A DNA stretch of 61,627 nucleotides, the filler included, from Thermodesulfobacteriota bacterium (lineage in GTDB: Bacteria; DASVDK01), in assembly GCA_036381125.1 (NCBI GenBank). It is 5 parts of 5 records of this genome, joined end to end, with 100 filler letters (N's around TTAATTAATTAA, not from the genome) between each part and the next. Parts side by side here need not be neighbours in the genome. Positions count along the whole stretch, not along the records: positions 36,752 to 54,751 come from DASVDK010000368.1; positions 54,852 to 61,627 come from DASVDK010000370.1; 3 more parts are not named here. One strand, given 5' to 3'. Within the stretch, counting starts at the first letter, position 1. Each line of letters begins with the position of its first letter. The translations under genes and the position numbers were made by a program. Below the pieces are notes generated by a model. The model was given only the letters and a program-made list of their open reading frames with translations. It was not told the DNA's origin and ran no database searches. Shown here piece by piece: positions 50,655 to 61,627 of this stretch.

Positions 50655-51575
50655 CTAGAGGCCGTCGATGAACTGCTCCATCCGCCGGCGCATCGCCGCG
50701 GTCGGCAGGCGGCCCCGCGCGGCGCCGAGGTTGTCGGCGAGGTAGCGGACCCGCGCGGTCCCGGGGATGACGCAGGTGACGGCCGGATGGGCGATGACGT
50801 ACTTCAGGAAGAACTGCGCCCAGCTCTCGCAGTCGAACTCGCGCGCCCACTCCGGCAGCGCCTTCCCCTCGACCGCGCGGAAGAGCCGGCCGCGGCCGAA
50901 GGGGAGGTTGACCATGACCCCCATGCCGCGATCGGCCGCGAGCGGCAGGATCCGCTCGCCCGCCCCCCGGTTGTCGAGCGCGTAGTCCACCTGCACCATG
51001 TCGAGCGTCTCGGCCCGCATCGTCCGCTCGAACTCCGCGTACTGACGGTCGAACGACGTCGTGATCCCGACGTACCGGATGCGGCCCCTCTGCTTCCACT
51101 CGCGGAGCGTCGCCAGTTGGGTGGCCGTGTCCTGGAGGTTGTGGACGGCCACGAGGTCGAGCGTCGTGGTCCGCAGTCGGCGCATGGACGTCTCGAGCTG
51201 GGCGATCCCCGCCTCCCGGCCGGTCGCGCCGACCTTGGTCGCGAGGAAGAGCCGCTCGCGCAGGCCGAGCGCCGACACGAGGTCGCCGACGACCGACTCG
51301 GCCGATCCGTACGACGGCGCCGTGTCGATCAGGCGGCCGCCCGACGCCGCGAAGCGCCGCAGCACCTCGGTCAGCTCGGCGCGCTCCTCGGCCGTGGCGC
51401 TCACGTCGTACCGCCGCGCGGTCCCGATCCCGACGACCGGCAGGCTCTCGCCGGACGAGGGTATCCTCCGCTCGATGAGGGCGGGCTCGGCCGGCGCCGC
51501 CCGCAGGGGGGGCAGGAGGGCGGACGCGGCGATCGCCGCGCCGGCTCGCACGAGGTCTCGACGGGTCGGGCTCAT
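50655..51575 (-). CDS. Aldo/keto reductase with Tat-like signal peptide
   Basis: MSPTRRDLV twin-arginine motif; IDTAPSYG, LATKV, VHNL and VIPGT. Confidence 0.9.
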   Translation of the reverse strand: MSPTRRDLVRAGAAIAASALLPPLRAAPAEPALIERRIPSSGESLPVVGIGTARRYDVSATAEERAELTEVLRRFAASGGRLIDTAPSYGSAESVVGDLVSALGLRERLFLATKVGATGREAGIAQLETSMRRLRTTTLDLVAVHNLQDTATQLATLREWKQRGRIRYVGITTSFDRQYAEFERTMRAETLDMVQVDYALDNRGAGERILPLAADRGMGVMVNLPFGRGRLFRAVEGKALPEWAREFDCESWAQFFLKYVIAHPAVTCVIPGTARVRYLADNLGAARGRLPTAAMRRRMEQFIDGL

Positions 51576-51706
51576 GGGGTGCTCCTCTCGAGGCGGCACG
51601 TCCGGCCGCTCATCATACTCGAGGCCCGCCGCGCGATCATCCGGACCGGCACCCGCACATGCCGCTTGACGGCGGCGGCGTCGGTCGCGGATAGTCGTGA
51701 GGAGCC

Positions 51707-52531
51707 ATGGCACGGTTCATGTCCCTTGCCGAGGCGGTCGCGGCGACGGTGCACGACGGCGACGTCGTCGCGATGGAGGGCTTCACCCATCTCATCCCGT
51801 TCGCCGCCGGTCACGAGGTGATCCGCCAGGGGCGCCGCCGGCTCACCCTCGTCCGGATGACGCCCGACCTGATCTACGACCAGTTGATCGGGATGGGGTG
51901 CGCCGCGCGGCTGGTCTTCTCCTGGAGCGGCAACCCCGGGGTCGGCTCGCTCCACCGGATCCGGGACGCGATCGAGAACGGGTGGCCCGCGCCGCTCGAG
52001 ACGGAGGAGCACAGCCACGCGGCCATGGCCTGCGCGTACGAGGCCGGCGCGGCCGGACTGCCGTTCGCGGTCCTGCGAGGCTACCGGGGGGTGCAGCTTC
52101 CGGCCGTCAACCCGAACATCCGCCCGATCACCTGTCCCTTCACCGGGGAGACGCTGGCCGCGGTGCCGGCCATCCGGGCCGACGTGGCCGTGATCCACGC
52201 GCAGCGGGCAGACGCCGAGGGGAACGTGCTCGTCGAGGGGATCGTCGGCGTGCAGAAGGAGGCGGTGCTCGGCGCCAGGCGGGCGCTCGTGACGGTGGAG
52301 GAGGTGGTCGACACCTTCGGCCCCCGCAGCCCCAACGCGGTGATCCTCCCCCGGTGGGTCGTCACGGCCATCGCCGTCGTCCCCGGGGGGGCCCGCCCGT
52401 CGTACGCCCACGGCTACTACCGGCGCGACAACGCCTTCTACAAGGCCTGGGACGCCGTCTCGCGCGACCGCGACGCCTTCCGCGCCTGGATGGAGGCCAA
52501 CGTCCTGCGGCGCGCCGGGGTGGGGGACTGA
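51707..52531 (+). CDS. pcaI: 3-oxoadipate CoA-transferase subunit A (CatI/PcaI type)
   Basis: EGFTHLIPFAAGHE, RMTPDLIYDQLIG and GNPGVGSLHR; pca context. Confidence 0.85.
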   Translation: MARFMSLAEAVAATVHDGDVVAMEGFTHLIPFAAGHEVIRQGRRRLTLVRMTPDLIYDQLIGMGCAARLVFSWSGNPGVGSLHRIRDAIENGWPAPLETEEHSHAAMACAYEAGAAGLPFAVLRGYRGVQLPAVNPNIRPITCPFTGETLAAVPAIRADVAVIHAQRADAEGNVLVEGIVGVQKEAVLGARRALVTVEEVVDTFGPRSPNAVILPRWVVTAIAVVPGGARPSYAHGYYRRDNAFYKAWDAVSRDRDAFRAWMEANVLRRAGVGD

Positions 52532-52534
52532 CAC

Positions 52535-53305
52535 GTGAGCATCGCGTACGCGCCCTCGGAGATCATGACCGTCGCGGCGGCCCGGGCGCTCGGCAACGAC
52601 GACGTCTGCTTCGTCGGCATCGGCCTGCCGAGCGCGGCCGCCAACCTGGCGAGGCTCACGCACGCGCCCGACATCACGCTGATCTACGAGTCGGGTACGA
52701 TCCGCACCCGGCCGGACGTGCTGCCCCTCTCGATCGGCGACGGCGAGCTCTGCGAGACCGCGCTCACGACCGTCTCCGTGCCGGAGATGTTCCGCTACTG
52801 GCTGCAGGGGGGGCGCATCACCGTGGGGTTCCTCGGTGCCGCGCAGATCGATCGCTTCGCGAACATCAACTCGACGGTCATCGGCCCGTACGATCGCCCG
52901 AGGGTCCGGCTGCCGGGGGGCGGCGGCGCGCCCGAGATCGCGGCCGCCTGCGGCGAGATCTTCATCGTGATGAGCCAGTCGCGCCGCAGCTTCGTCGAGC
53001 GGCTCGACTTCGTCACCTCGCTCGGTCACGGCGAGGGGGGCGACCACCGGCGCCGCCTCGGCGTGGCGACCCGGGGGCCGACGCGCCTGGTGACCGACCT
53101 GGCCGTCTTCGAGCCCGACCCGGAGACCCGGGAGATGGTGGTCACCTCGCTCCACCCGGGGGTCACGCGCGACGCGGTGCGGGAGGCGACCGGTTGGCCG
53201 GTCAGGTTCGCGCCGCGCGTCGACGAGACGCCGCCGCCGACCGCCGACGAGCTGGCCGTGCTCCGCGACCTCCACCGGCGCACGGCCGAGGCGCACGGCG
53301 CATGA
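52535..53305 (+). CDS. pcaJ: 3-oxoadipate CoA-transferase subunit B (CatJ/PcaJ type)
   Basis: CFVGIGLPS, LIYESG and RLPGGGGAPEI. Confidence 0.85.
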   Translation: MSIAYAPSEIMTVAAARALGNDDVCFVGIGLPSAAANLARLTHAPDITLIYESGTIRTRPDVLPLSIGDGELCETALTTVSVPEMFRYWLQGGRITVGFLGAAQIDRFANINSTVIGPYDRPRVRLPGGGGAPEIAAACGEIFIVMSQSRRSFVERLDFVTSLGHGEGGDHRRRLGVATRGPTRLVTDLAVFEPDPETREMVVTSLHPGVTRDAVREATGWPVRFAPRVDETPPPTADELAVLRDLHRRTAEAHGA

Positions 53306-54516
53306 CCGGGCGGCTCGGCGACGCCTTCGTCTGCGACGCGGTCCGCACGCCGATCGGCCGGTACGGCGGCGCCCTGGCGGCGGTGCGGACCGACGACCTC
53401 GCGGCCGTCCCGATCCGGGCGCTGGTCGCGCGCCTGCCGAAGGTCGACTGGTCGCGGCTCGACGAGGTCGTCCTCGGCTGCGCGAACCAGGCGGGGGAGG
53501 ACAACCGCAACGTGGCCAGGATGGCGGCGCTGCTCGCCGGGCTGCCGGAGCGGGTGCCCGGCGTTACCGTGAACCGGCTCTGCGGCTCCGGGCTCGAGGC
53601 GGTGGGGGCGGCCGCGCGCGCCATCCGCGCCGGTGAGGCCGACCTCGTCGTGGCGGGGGGCGTCGAGTCGATGACCCGCGCGCCGTTCGTCATGGCCAAG
53701 AGCGCCGAGCCGTTCTCGCGCACGGCCGAGATCCACGACACGACGATCGGCTGGCGCTTCGTGAACCCCCTCCTCGAGGCGCAGTACGGCGTCGACTCCA
53801 TGCCCGAGACCGCCGAGAACGTCGCCGCGGAGTTCGGCGTGAGTCGGGCCGACCAGGACGCCTTCGCCTGGCGCAGCCAGATGCGCGCCCGCGCGGCGGC
53901 GGCCCGCGGCTACTTCGCCGAGGAGATCGTGCCGGTCGAGGTGCCGGGTCGCGGCGGCCCGACGGTCGTCGACCGCGACGAGCACCCGCGCCCCGACACG
54001 ACGCTCGAGGGGCTCGCGAAGCTGAGGACCCCGTTCCGCAGGGGCGGCACCGTCACCGCGGGCAACGCCTCGGGCGTGAACGACGGCGCCGCGGCGCTGC
54101 TCCTCGCCTCGGAGGCGGCCGTCGCCGCCCACGGTCTCGTGCCGCGCGCCCGGGTGCTCGGGATGGCGGCGGCCGGCGTGGCGCCGCGCATCATGGGGAT
54201 CGGGCCGGTGCCGGCGACCGAGCGGCTCATGGCCCGACTCGGGCTTCGGATCGGCGACTTCGACGTCGTGGAGCTGAACGAGGCCTTCGCGAGCCAGGCG
54301 CTCGCCTGTCTGCGCGGCCTCGGCCTGCCGGACGACGCGGAGCACGTCAACCCGCACGGCGGCGCGATCGCCCTCGGTCACCCCCTCGGGATGAGCGGGG
54401 CCCGGCTCGTGCTGACCGCGGTCCACGCGCTCGAGCGGACGGGCGGCCGGCGGGCGCTGGTGACGATGTGCATCGGCGTGGGGCAGGGCCTCGCCCTTGC
54501 CCTCGCGCGGGTCTGA
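53302..54516 (+). CDS. pcaF: 3-oxoadipyl-CoA thiolase
   Basis: RTPIGRYGG, CANQAGEDNRNVARM, NRLCGSG, NEAFA, GHPLG and MCIGVGQG. Confidence 0.93.
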   Translation: MTGRLGDAFVCDAVRTPIGRYGGALAAVRTDDLAAVPIRALVARLPKVDWSRLDEVVLGCANQAGEDNRNVARMAALLAGLPERVPGVTVNRLCGSGLEAVGAAARAIRAGEADLVVAGGVESMTRAPFVMAKSAEPFSRTAEIHDTTIGWRFVNPLLEAQYGVDSMPETAENVAAEFGVSRADQDAFAWRSQMRARAAAARGYFAEEIVPVEVPGRGGPTVVDRDEHPRPDTTLEGLAKLRTPFRRGGTVTAGNASGVNDGAAALLLASEAAVAAHGLVPRARVLGMAAAGVAPRIMGIGPVPATERLMARLGLRIGDFDVVELNEAFASQALACLRGLGLPDDAEHVNPHGGAIALGHPLGMSGARLVLTAVHALERTGGRRALVTMCIGVGQGLALALARV

Positions 54517-54529
54517 GCGGAGGCGATCG

Positions 54530-54751
54530 ATGGCCGACGTCCCGGCATACCGGCGGGAGGCGACGGGCGCCCACCCGCCCGTCCTCCATCCGCCCTACGC
54601 GAGCACCCTGAAGCGGGCGCCGCGGCATCCGCCGCTCCGGCTGCCCCACACCCTGTCGGAGGTCACCGGGCCGCTCGGGGACCGCGGGTCCTCCGTCCGT
54701 CCGACGACGACCTCGGACGCCGGCGGCGCCTCGGCGAGGATGCCGAGCCAG
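54530..54751 (+). CDS. pcaH: N-terminus of protocatechuate 3,4-dioxygenase beta subunit (partial, possibly frameshifted)
   Basis: HPP..HPPYASTLKRAP..P...LPHTLSEVTGP; follows pcaF with a GGAGG SD. Confidence 0.7.
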
Positions 54752-54851
54752 NNNNNNNNNNNNNNNNNNNNNNNNNNNNNNNNNNNNNNNNNNNNTTAAT
54801 TAATTAANNNNNNNNNNNNNNNNNNNNNNNNNNNNNNNNNNNNNNNNNNNN
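54752..54851. other. Artificial contig spacer
   Basis: N run with TTAATTAATTAA. Confidence 0.98.
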
Positions 54852-55291
54852 GTGAAGCGCTCGAGGTCGCGTGCGCGCGCGCCGCCGGCCCGCCCCTCGG
54901 TCGCCTCGAAGTGGCGGAAGGCCAGCTCGAGCGCACGCCGCTTGAGCGGGCGCACGGTCGCGTAATCGATCGCCTTCGCCTCGCGCGCACGCTCGAGCAC
55001 CTCGCGGTCCGCCGGGGACAGCGCCCGCTCGCCCCCCGCTCCCTGGAAGTCCGGCTGATCGCGTAGCGCGACGTAGAGCGGGTCGATGGCGAACGCCGTG
55101 CAGGCCGCGTACGGGCTGTCCTGGCCCGGCGACGGCTCCCCGATGGGGAGGAGCTGGAGCACCGAGTGGCCGGCCGCCTCGAGCCAGATCGCGTATGCCG
55201 CGAGGTCGGGGATCTCGCCGACGCCGAAGCTCGCCGGGTGGCGTTGCGCCGACAGGGGGACCAGGACACCGGCGCGTCGCTCCTCGGGCAT
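54852..55291 (-). CDS. malQ: 4-alpha-glucanotransferase (amylomaltase), 3' truncated
   Basis: RRAGVLVPL...FGVGEI.DL...LQLLP...SPY...AFAIDPLY; GAGGAGG SD. Confidence 0.85.
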
Positions 55292-55366
55292 GTCGTGACC
55301 TCCTCGTCCGGACGCGTCCTCAGATCTTGCCAGGTTCACGGGAAAAGCGCAGTATGAAGGCGAGGG

Positions 55367-56122
55367 ATGCGTATGCGACGCGCCGTCATCGCGGGTTTCG
55401 TGGCCACGGTCACCATGACGCTGGCCCTCGCCGTGGGGTACTTCATCGCCCTCGAACTCGGCTCGCCCTCCATCCCCTCGTACGCCGCGCAGCCCGGTCC
55501 GCCGCAGTGGATGTGGGCGCTCACGCACAACCCGATCACGGAGCTGACGCGGGGCGCCATGCCGGCGGCGTTCGCGCTCCACCTGGCGCTCGGGCTCATC
55601 TGGGCCGGGATCTACGCGGCCTTCTTCGAGCCGCGGCTGCCGGGCGCCGACTGGCAGAAGGGGGTCGCGTTCGCGCTCATCCCCTACGTGCTGTCGCTCG
55701 TGGTGTTCCTGCCGCTCGCGGGTGGCGGGCTCTTCGGGCTCGCCCTCGGCGCGGGCCCCCTGCCGGTCCTCGGCAACCTCGTCCTCCACATCGTCTACGG
55801 CGTGACGCTCGGCGAGCTGTACGGGCGCCTCGGCGACCGGGTGTTCACCGAGTCGGGGTTCGCGCAGGCCGACGAGATGGCGACGCTCGCACGCGCCGAG
55901 CGGACGGCCGCGTACGGCATCGTCATCGGGGCGGCGCTCGGCGCCGTCGTGGGGGTCTCCGGCGGCCGGCTCTTCGGAGGGTCGGGGGGACCGGTCGGCG
56001 TCACGGCGGGGCTGCTCTGGGGACTCGTCGGCGGATCGGTGGGGGCCCTCGTGGGCTCGCTCGCGGGACTCGACGGGCGCGGACCGGGCGAACACGCTCC
56101 CGACCACAGGCCACACCCCTGA
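55367..56122 (+). CDS. Multi-pass membrane protein of unknown function
   Basis: Several hydrophobic helices with intramembrane His residues (LHLALG, LHIVYG) and a Gly-zipper-like C-terminal pair. Confidence 0.75.
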   Translation: MRMRRAVIAGFVATVTMTLALAVGYFIALELGSPSIPSYAAQPGPPQWMWALTHNPITELTRGAMPAAFALHLALGLIWAGIYAAFFEPRLPGADWQKGVAFALIPYVLSLVVFLPLAGGGLFGLALGAGPLPVLGNLVLHIVYGVTLGELYGRLGDRVFTESGFAQADEMATLARAERTAAYGIVIGAALGAVVGVSGGRLFGGSGGPVGVTAGLLWGLVGGSVGALVGSLAGLDGRGPGEHAPDHRPHP

Positions 56123-56136
56123 ACACGAGGGCGCCC

Positions 56137-56573
56137 ATGCTCAGCGGGTTCGCCGCGGCCATTGGCCGGGCAGTCGCTCGGTTGTCCTTCCGGGGATCGA
56201 TCCGACGGCGGCCGGGCATCCTGTTGATCGAGCCAGACGCCGACGTGGGCTTCGTCCTGGAGGCGGTCCTGCGCGAGGCTGGCTTCGGGGTGCTCAGGCG
56301 CGACCGGATGCGGATCGAGGACTGTCTGAGGCCCGAGGTCACGCTCGTCTCGGTCGGCCTCTCGCCCGAGGCCACGCGGGACCAGGGTTGGCTCGAACGC
56401 CTGCGGTCGCACCGCCCGGAGCTGCCGCTCGTGGTCGTCGCGTCGAGCATCGGCGGCGGGCTCGAGACGGCTCTCGAGGCGGACCGCCAGGCGCGCGTCG
56501 TCTACCACCCGCTCACCGCCGACGAGTACCTCGCCGCCGTCCACGCCCTCCTGAACCGCGGAGCCGTGGCGGC

Positions 56574-56577
<4 letters not shown>
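56137..56577 (+). CDS. Degenerate (pseudo-)receiver domain protein
   Basis: ILLIEPD...AGF, LVSVG, LPLVVVAS and YHPLT match the REC fold pattern without the phospho-Asp or Lys. Confidence 0.6.
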
Positions 56578-59996
<3,419 letters not shown>

Positions 59997-60005
59997 GGGG
60001 CGGCT

Positions 60006-60659
60006 TCACCGCACCTCCACGAGGCGCTCGCCGATGGTCGTGGGCTCGGCCTCGCCGCCGACCGTGACGCGCTCGTCGGTCTCCACGTATCCGAGCCCCT
60101 TGCAGACCACCGTGCGGGCCGAGAAGGCCACCTGGGGGTCGGGGAACTCGCAGACCACCTCGACGCAGGAGCGCTCCCGGCCGAGGACCGTGCGCGCGCC
60201 GAGCCGGTCGATCCGGCAGGTCCCCGAGACGGTGCGGTGCGCGCCGCCCGCGTGCCGCGCGTCGACGTCGACCGCGCCGCCGGCGACGGTCGTGACCGAC
60301 CAGCGGGTCCCGACCGCGAGCGGCCCCTCGAGGAAGACGACCTCGGGGCGGTCGCCGACCGCCCACATGATCGCCTCCGCCTTCGGCACGAAACGGTACG
60401 TCTCCGAGAGGGCCTTGACCGGCACGGCCGCCGGGGCGTCGGGGTCGTCGAGCGTCGACGCCGTCTCGACGCGGATCTCGCCGTCGGCCGCGCGCGTGAC
60501 CCGCACGACCCGCGCGAGCCGGCGGGGACCGTCGCTCATCTGGTAGACGAGGACGCGCCCCTCCTCGAGCGGCGGCAGGTAGTCGGCCACCGACGGGTCG
60601 GCCGCCCGCTGGCAGCCGGCCGCGGCCAGCCCCGCCGCGAGGAGGAGGCCCCCCCTCAC
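60006..60659 (-). CDS. Putative lipoprotein
   Basis: MRGGLLLAAGLAAAG-C lipobox; beta-rich body; GTGA coupling to the SDR. Confidence 0.7.
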   Translation of the reverse strand: MRGGLLLAAGLAAAGCQRAADPSVADYLPPLEEGRVLVYQMSDGPRRLARVVRVTRAADGEIRVETASTLDDPDAPAAVPVKALSETYRFVPKAEAIMWAVGDRPEVVFLEGPLAVGTRWSVTTVAGGAVDVDARHAGGAHRTVSGTCRIDRLGARTVLGRERSCVEVVCEFPDPQVAFSARTVVCKGLGYVETDERVTVGGEAEPTTIGERLVEVR

Positions 60660-61387
60660 GGGGTCCCCTGCTCGGCCGGCACGGCAAGGACCCTGGGGAT
60701 CCGGACGTGCGGCGGCTGCTCGAGGACGAAGCGGACGATCCGCGCGATGTCCTCGGGCAGGAGCGGCGCTTTCCGGTTGCGCGCGCCGCGCGCGTGGGCC
60801 GGCCAGTGGTCCTGCAGCTCCGTGAGGGTGCTGCCGGGCTGGATGGCCGTGATCCGGACGTTCGTCCCGGCGAACTCCATGCGGAGCGCCTCGGTGAGGC
60901 CCTCCACGGCGAACTTGGTGCCGGCGTACCAGCCGACGTGCGGCCGCACCCTGGTGCCGAGGATGCTCGACACGTTGACGAGCGTGCCGCGGTCCTCCCG
61001 CTTGAAGTACACGAGCGCGTGGTAGGCCACGCGGAAGGCCGCCTCGACGTTCACCCGCACCATCCGGGCGATCTGCTCGACGTCCATCGCCTCGACGGGA
61101 CCGGCGTCCATGACGCCGGCGTTGTTGAAGACCACGTCCACCCGGCCGAACCGGCCGAGAGCCGTGTCGAGGAGCCGCACCGGAAGGTCGGGAGCGGTGA
61201 TGTCGCCCGCGAGCCAGACGGCGCCGGTCTCCTCCGCGAGCGCCCTCAGGCGCTCCTCGCGCCGCGCCGTGACGACCAGCCGCATGCCCGCCTCGGCCAG
61301 GTCGCGGGCGACCGCGGCGCCGATGCCGCTCGACGCGCCGGTGATGATGGCCACCTGTCCCTTCAGGTCCTGTCGCCCCGATGCCAC
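60656..61387 (-). CDS. SDR-family oxidoreductase
   Basis: IITGASSGIG, NNAG, VSS, YAGTK and IQPG; GTG 61387 with GGAGG SD. Confidence 0.92.
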   Translation of the reverse strand: MASGRQDLKGQVAIITGASSGIGAAVARDLAEAGMRLVVTARREERLRALAEETGAVWLAGDITAPDLPVRLLDTALGRFGRVDVVFNNAGVMDAGPVEAMDVEQIARMVRVNVEAAFRVAYHALVYFKREDRGTLVNVSSILGTRVRPHVGWYAGTKFAVEGLTEALRMEFAGTNVRITAIQPGSTLTELQDHWPAHARGARNRKAPLLPEDIARIVRFVLEQPPHVRIPRVLAVPAEQGTP

Positions 61388-61415
61388 GCCGCGCGCACCT
61401 CCGTCCACTGGCGGG

Positions 61416-61627
61416 TCAGTCCGCCACCGCATGGAGAAAGGTACCCCCGCAGAGGTGGTCGTGGAAGAGCCAGTACCGTTCCTCCTCCCCCTCCGCCCCT
61501 CCCTCGCAGATCGCCCAGGCGTAGCTCCGGTCGAAGGGGGCGTCCCACCACTCGCCGCTGCGGCGCTGGGCCGCCTCGAAGCGCAGGACCCGCCGCGGCG
61601 GCGCACCGCGGCGGTGCAGCCGGCGCA
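61416..61627 (-). CDS. imuB: C-terminus of an ImuB-like Y-family accessory protein (partial; absent from the ORF track)
   Basis: Minus strand reads RRSGEWWDAPFDRSYAW...RYWLFHD...TFLHAVAD-stop, matching the ImuB C-terminal pattern; dnaE2 lies downstream. Confidence 0.75.
   Translation of the reverse strand, partial: RRLHRRGAPPRRVLRFEAAQRRSGEWWDAPFDRSYAWAICEGGAEGEEERYWLFHDHLCGGTFLHAVAD

Overview
Very GC-rich bacterial sequence made of five contig pieces joined by artificial 100-nt N/TTAATTAATTAA spacers (18422-18521, 29423-29522, 36652-36751, 54752-54851), so adjacency across the spacers has no biological meaning. The recA-pilT-recX order suggests a deltaproteobacteria-like organism or MAG (inference). 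Piece 1 is an IclR-led CoA-dependent catabolic cluster: four tandem family III CoA-transferases, an acyl-CoA ligase, two tiny desulforedoxin-like proteins, a TAXI-TRAP transporter, hot-dog dehydratases, an amidohydrolase and a crotonase. Piece 2 has a Liv-type ABC transporter, ArsR/SRPBCC, recA-pilT-recX, an orphan histidine kinase, a probable selenoprotein that the ORF track splits (thioredoxin-like UxxC plus TPR, with a SECIS-like hairpin) and a yybP-ykoY riboswitch before a GDT1/TMEM165 gene. Piece 3 has envC, ctpA, TolC and an MMPL-MlaC fusion. Piece 4 has GGDEF, csp, argS, SPOR, tRNA-fMet, an mrp/pha operon and pca genes. Piece 5 has malQ and an imuB...dnaE2 cassette interrupted by an SDR and a lipoprotein. 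The most notable observations are the UGA-readthrough selenoprotein and two dispersed repeat families (a covarying double GNA-triloop hairpin and a 39-bp unit) that sit in frame inside protein-coding genes, both of them in dnaE2. All calls come from reading motifs by eye; no database search was run.
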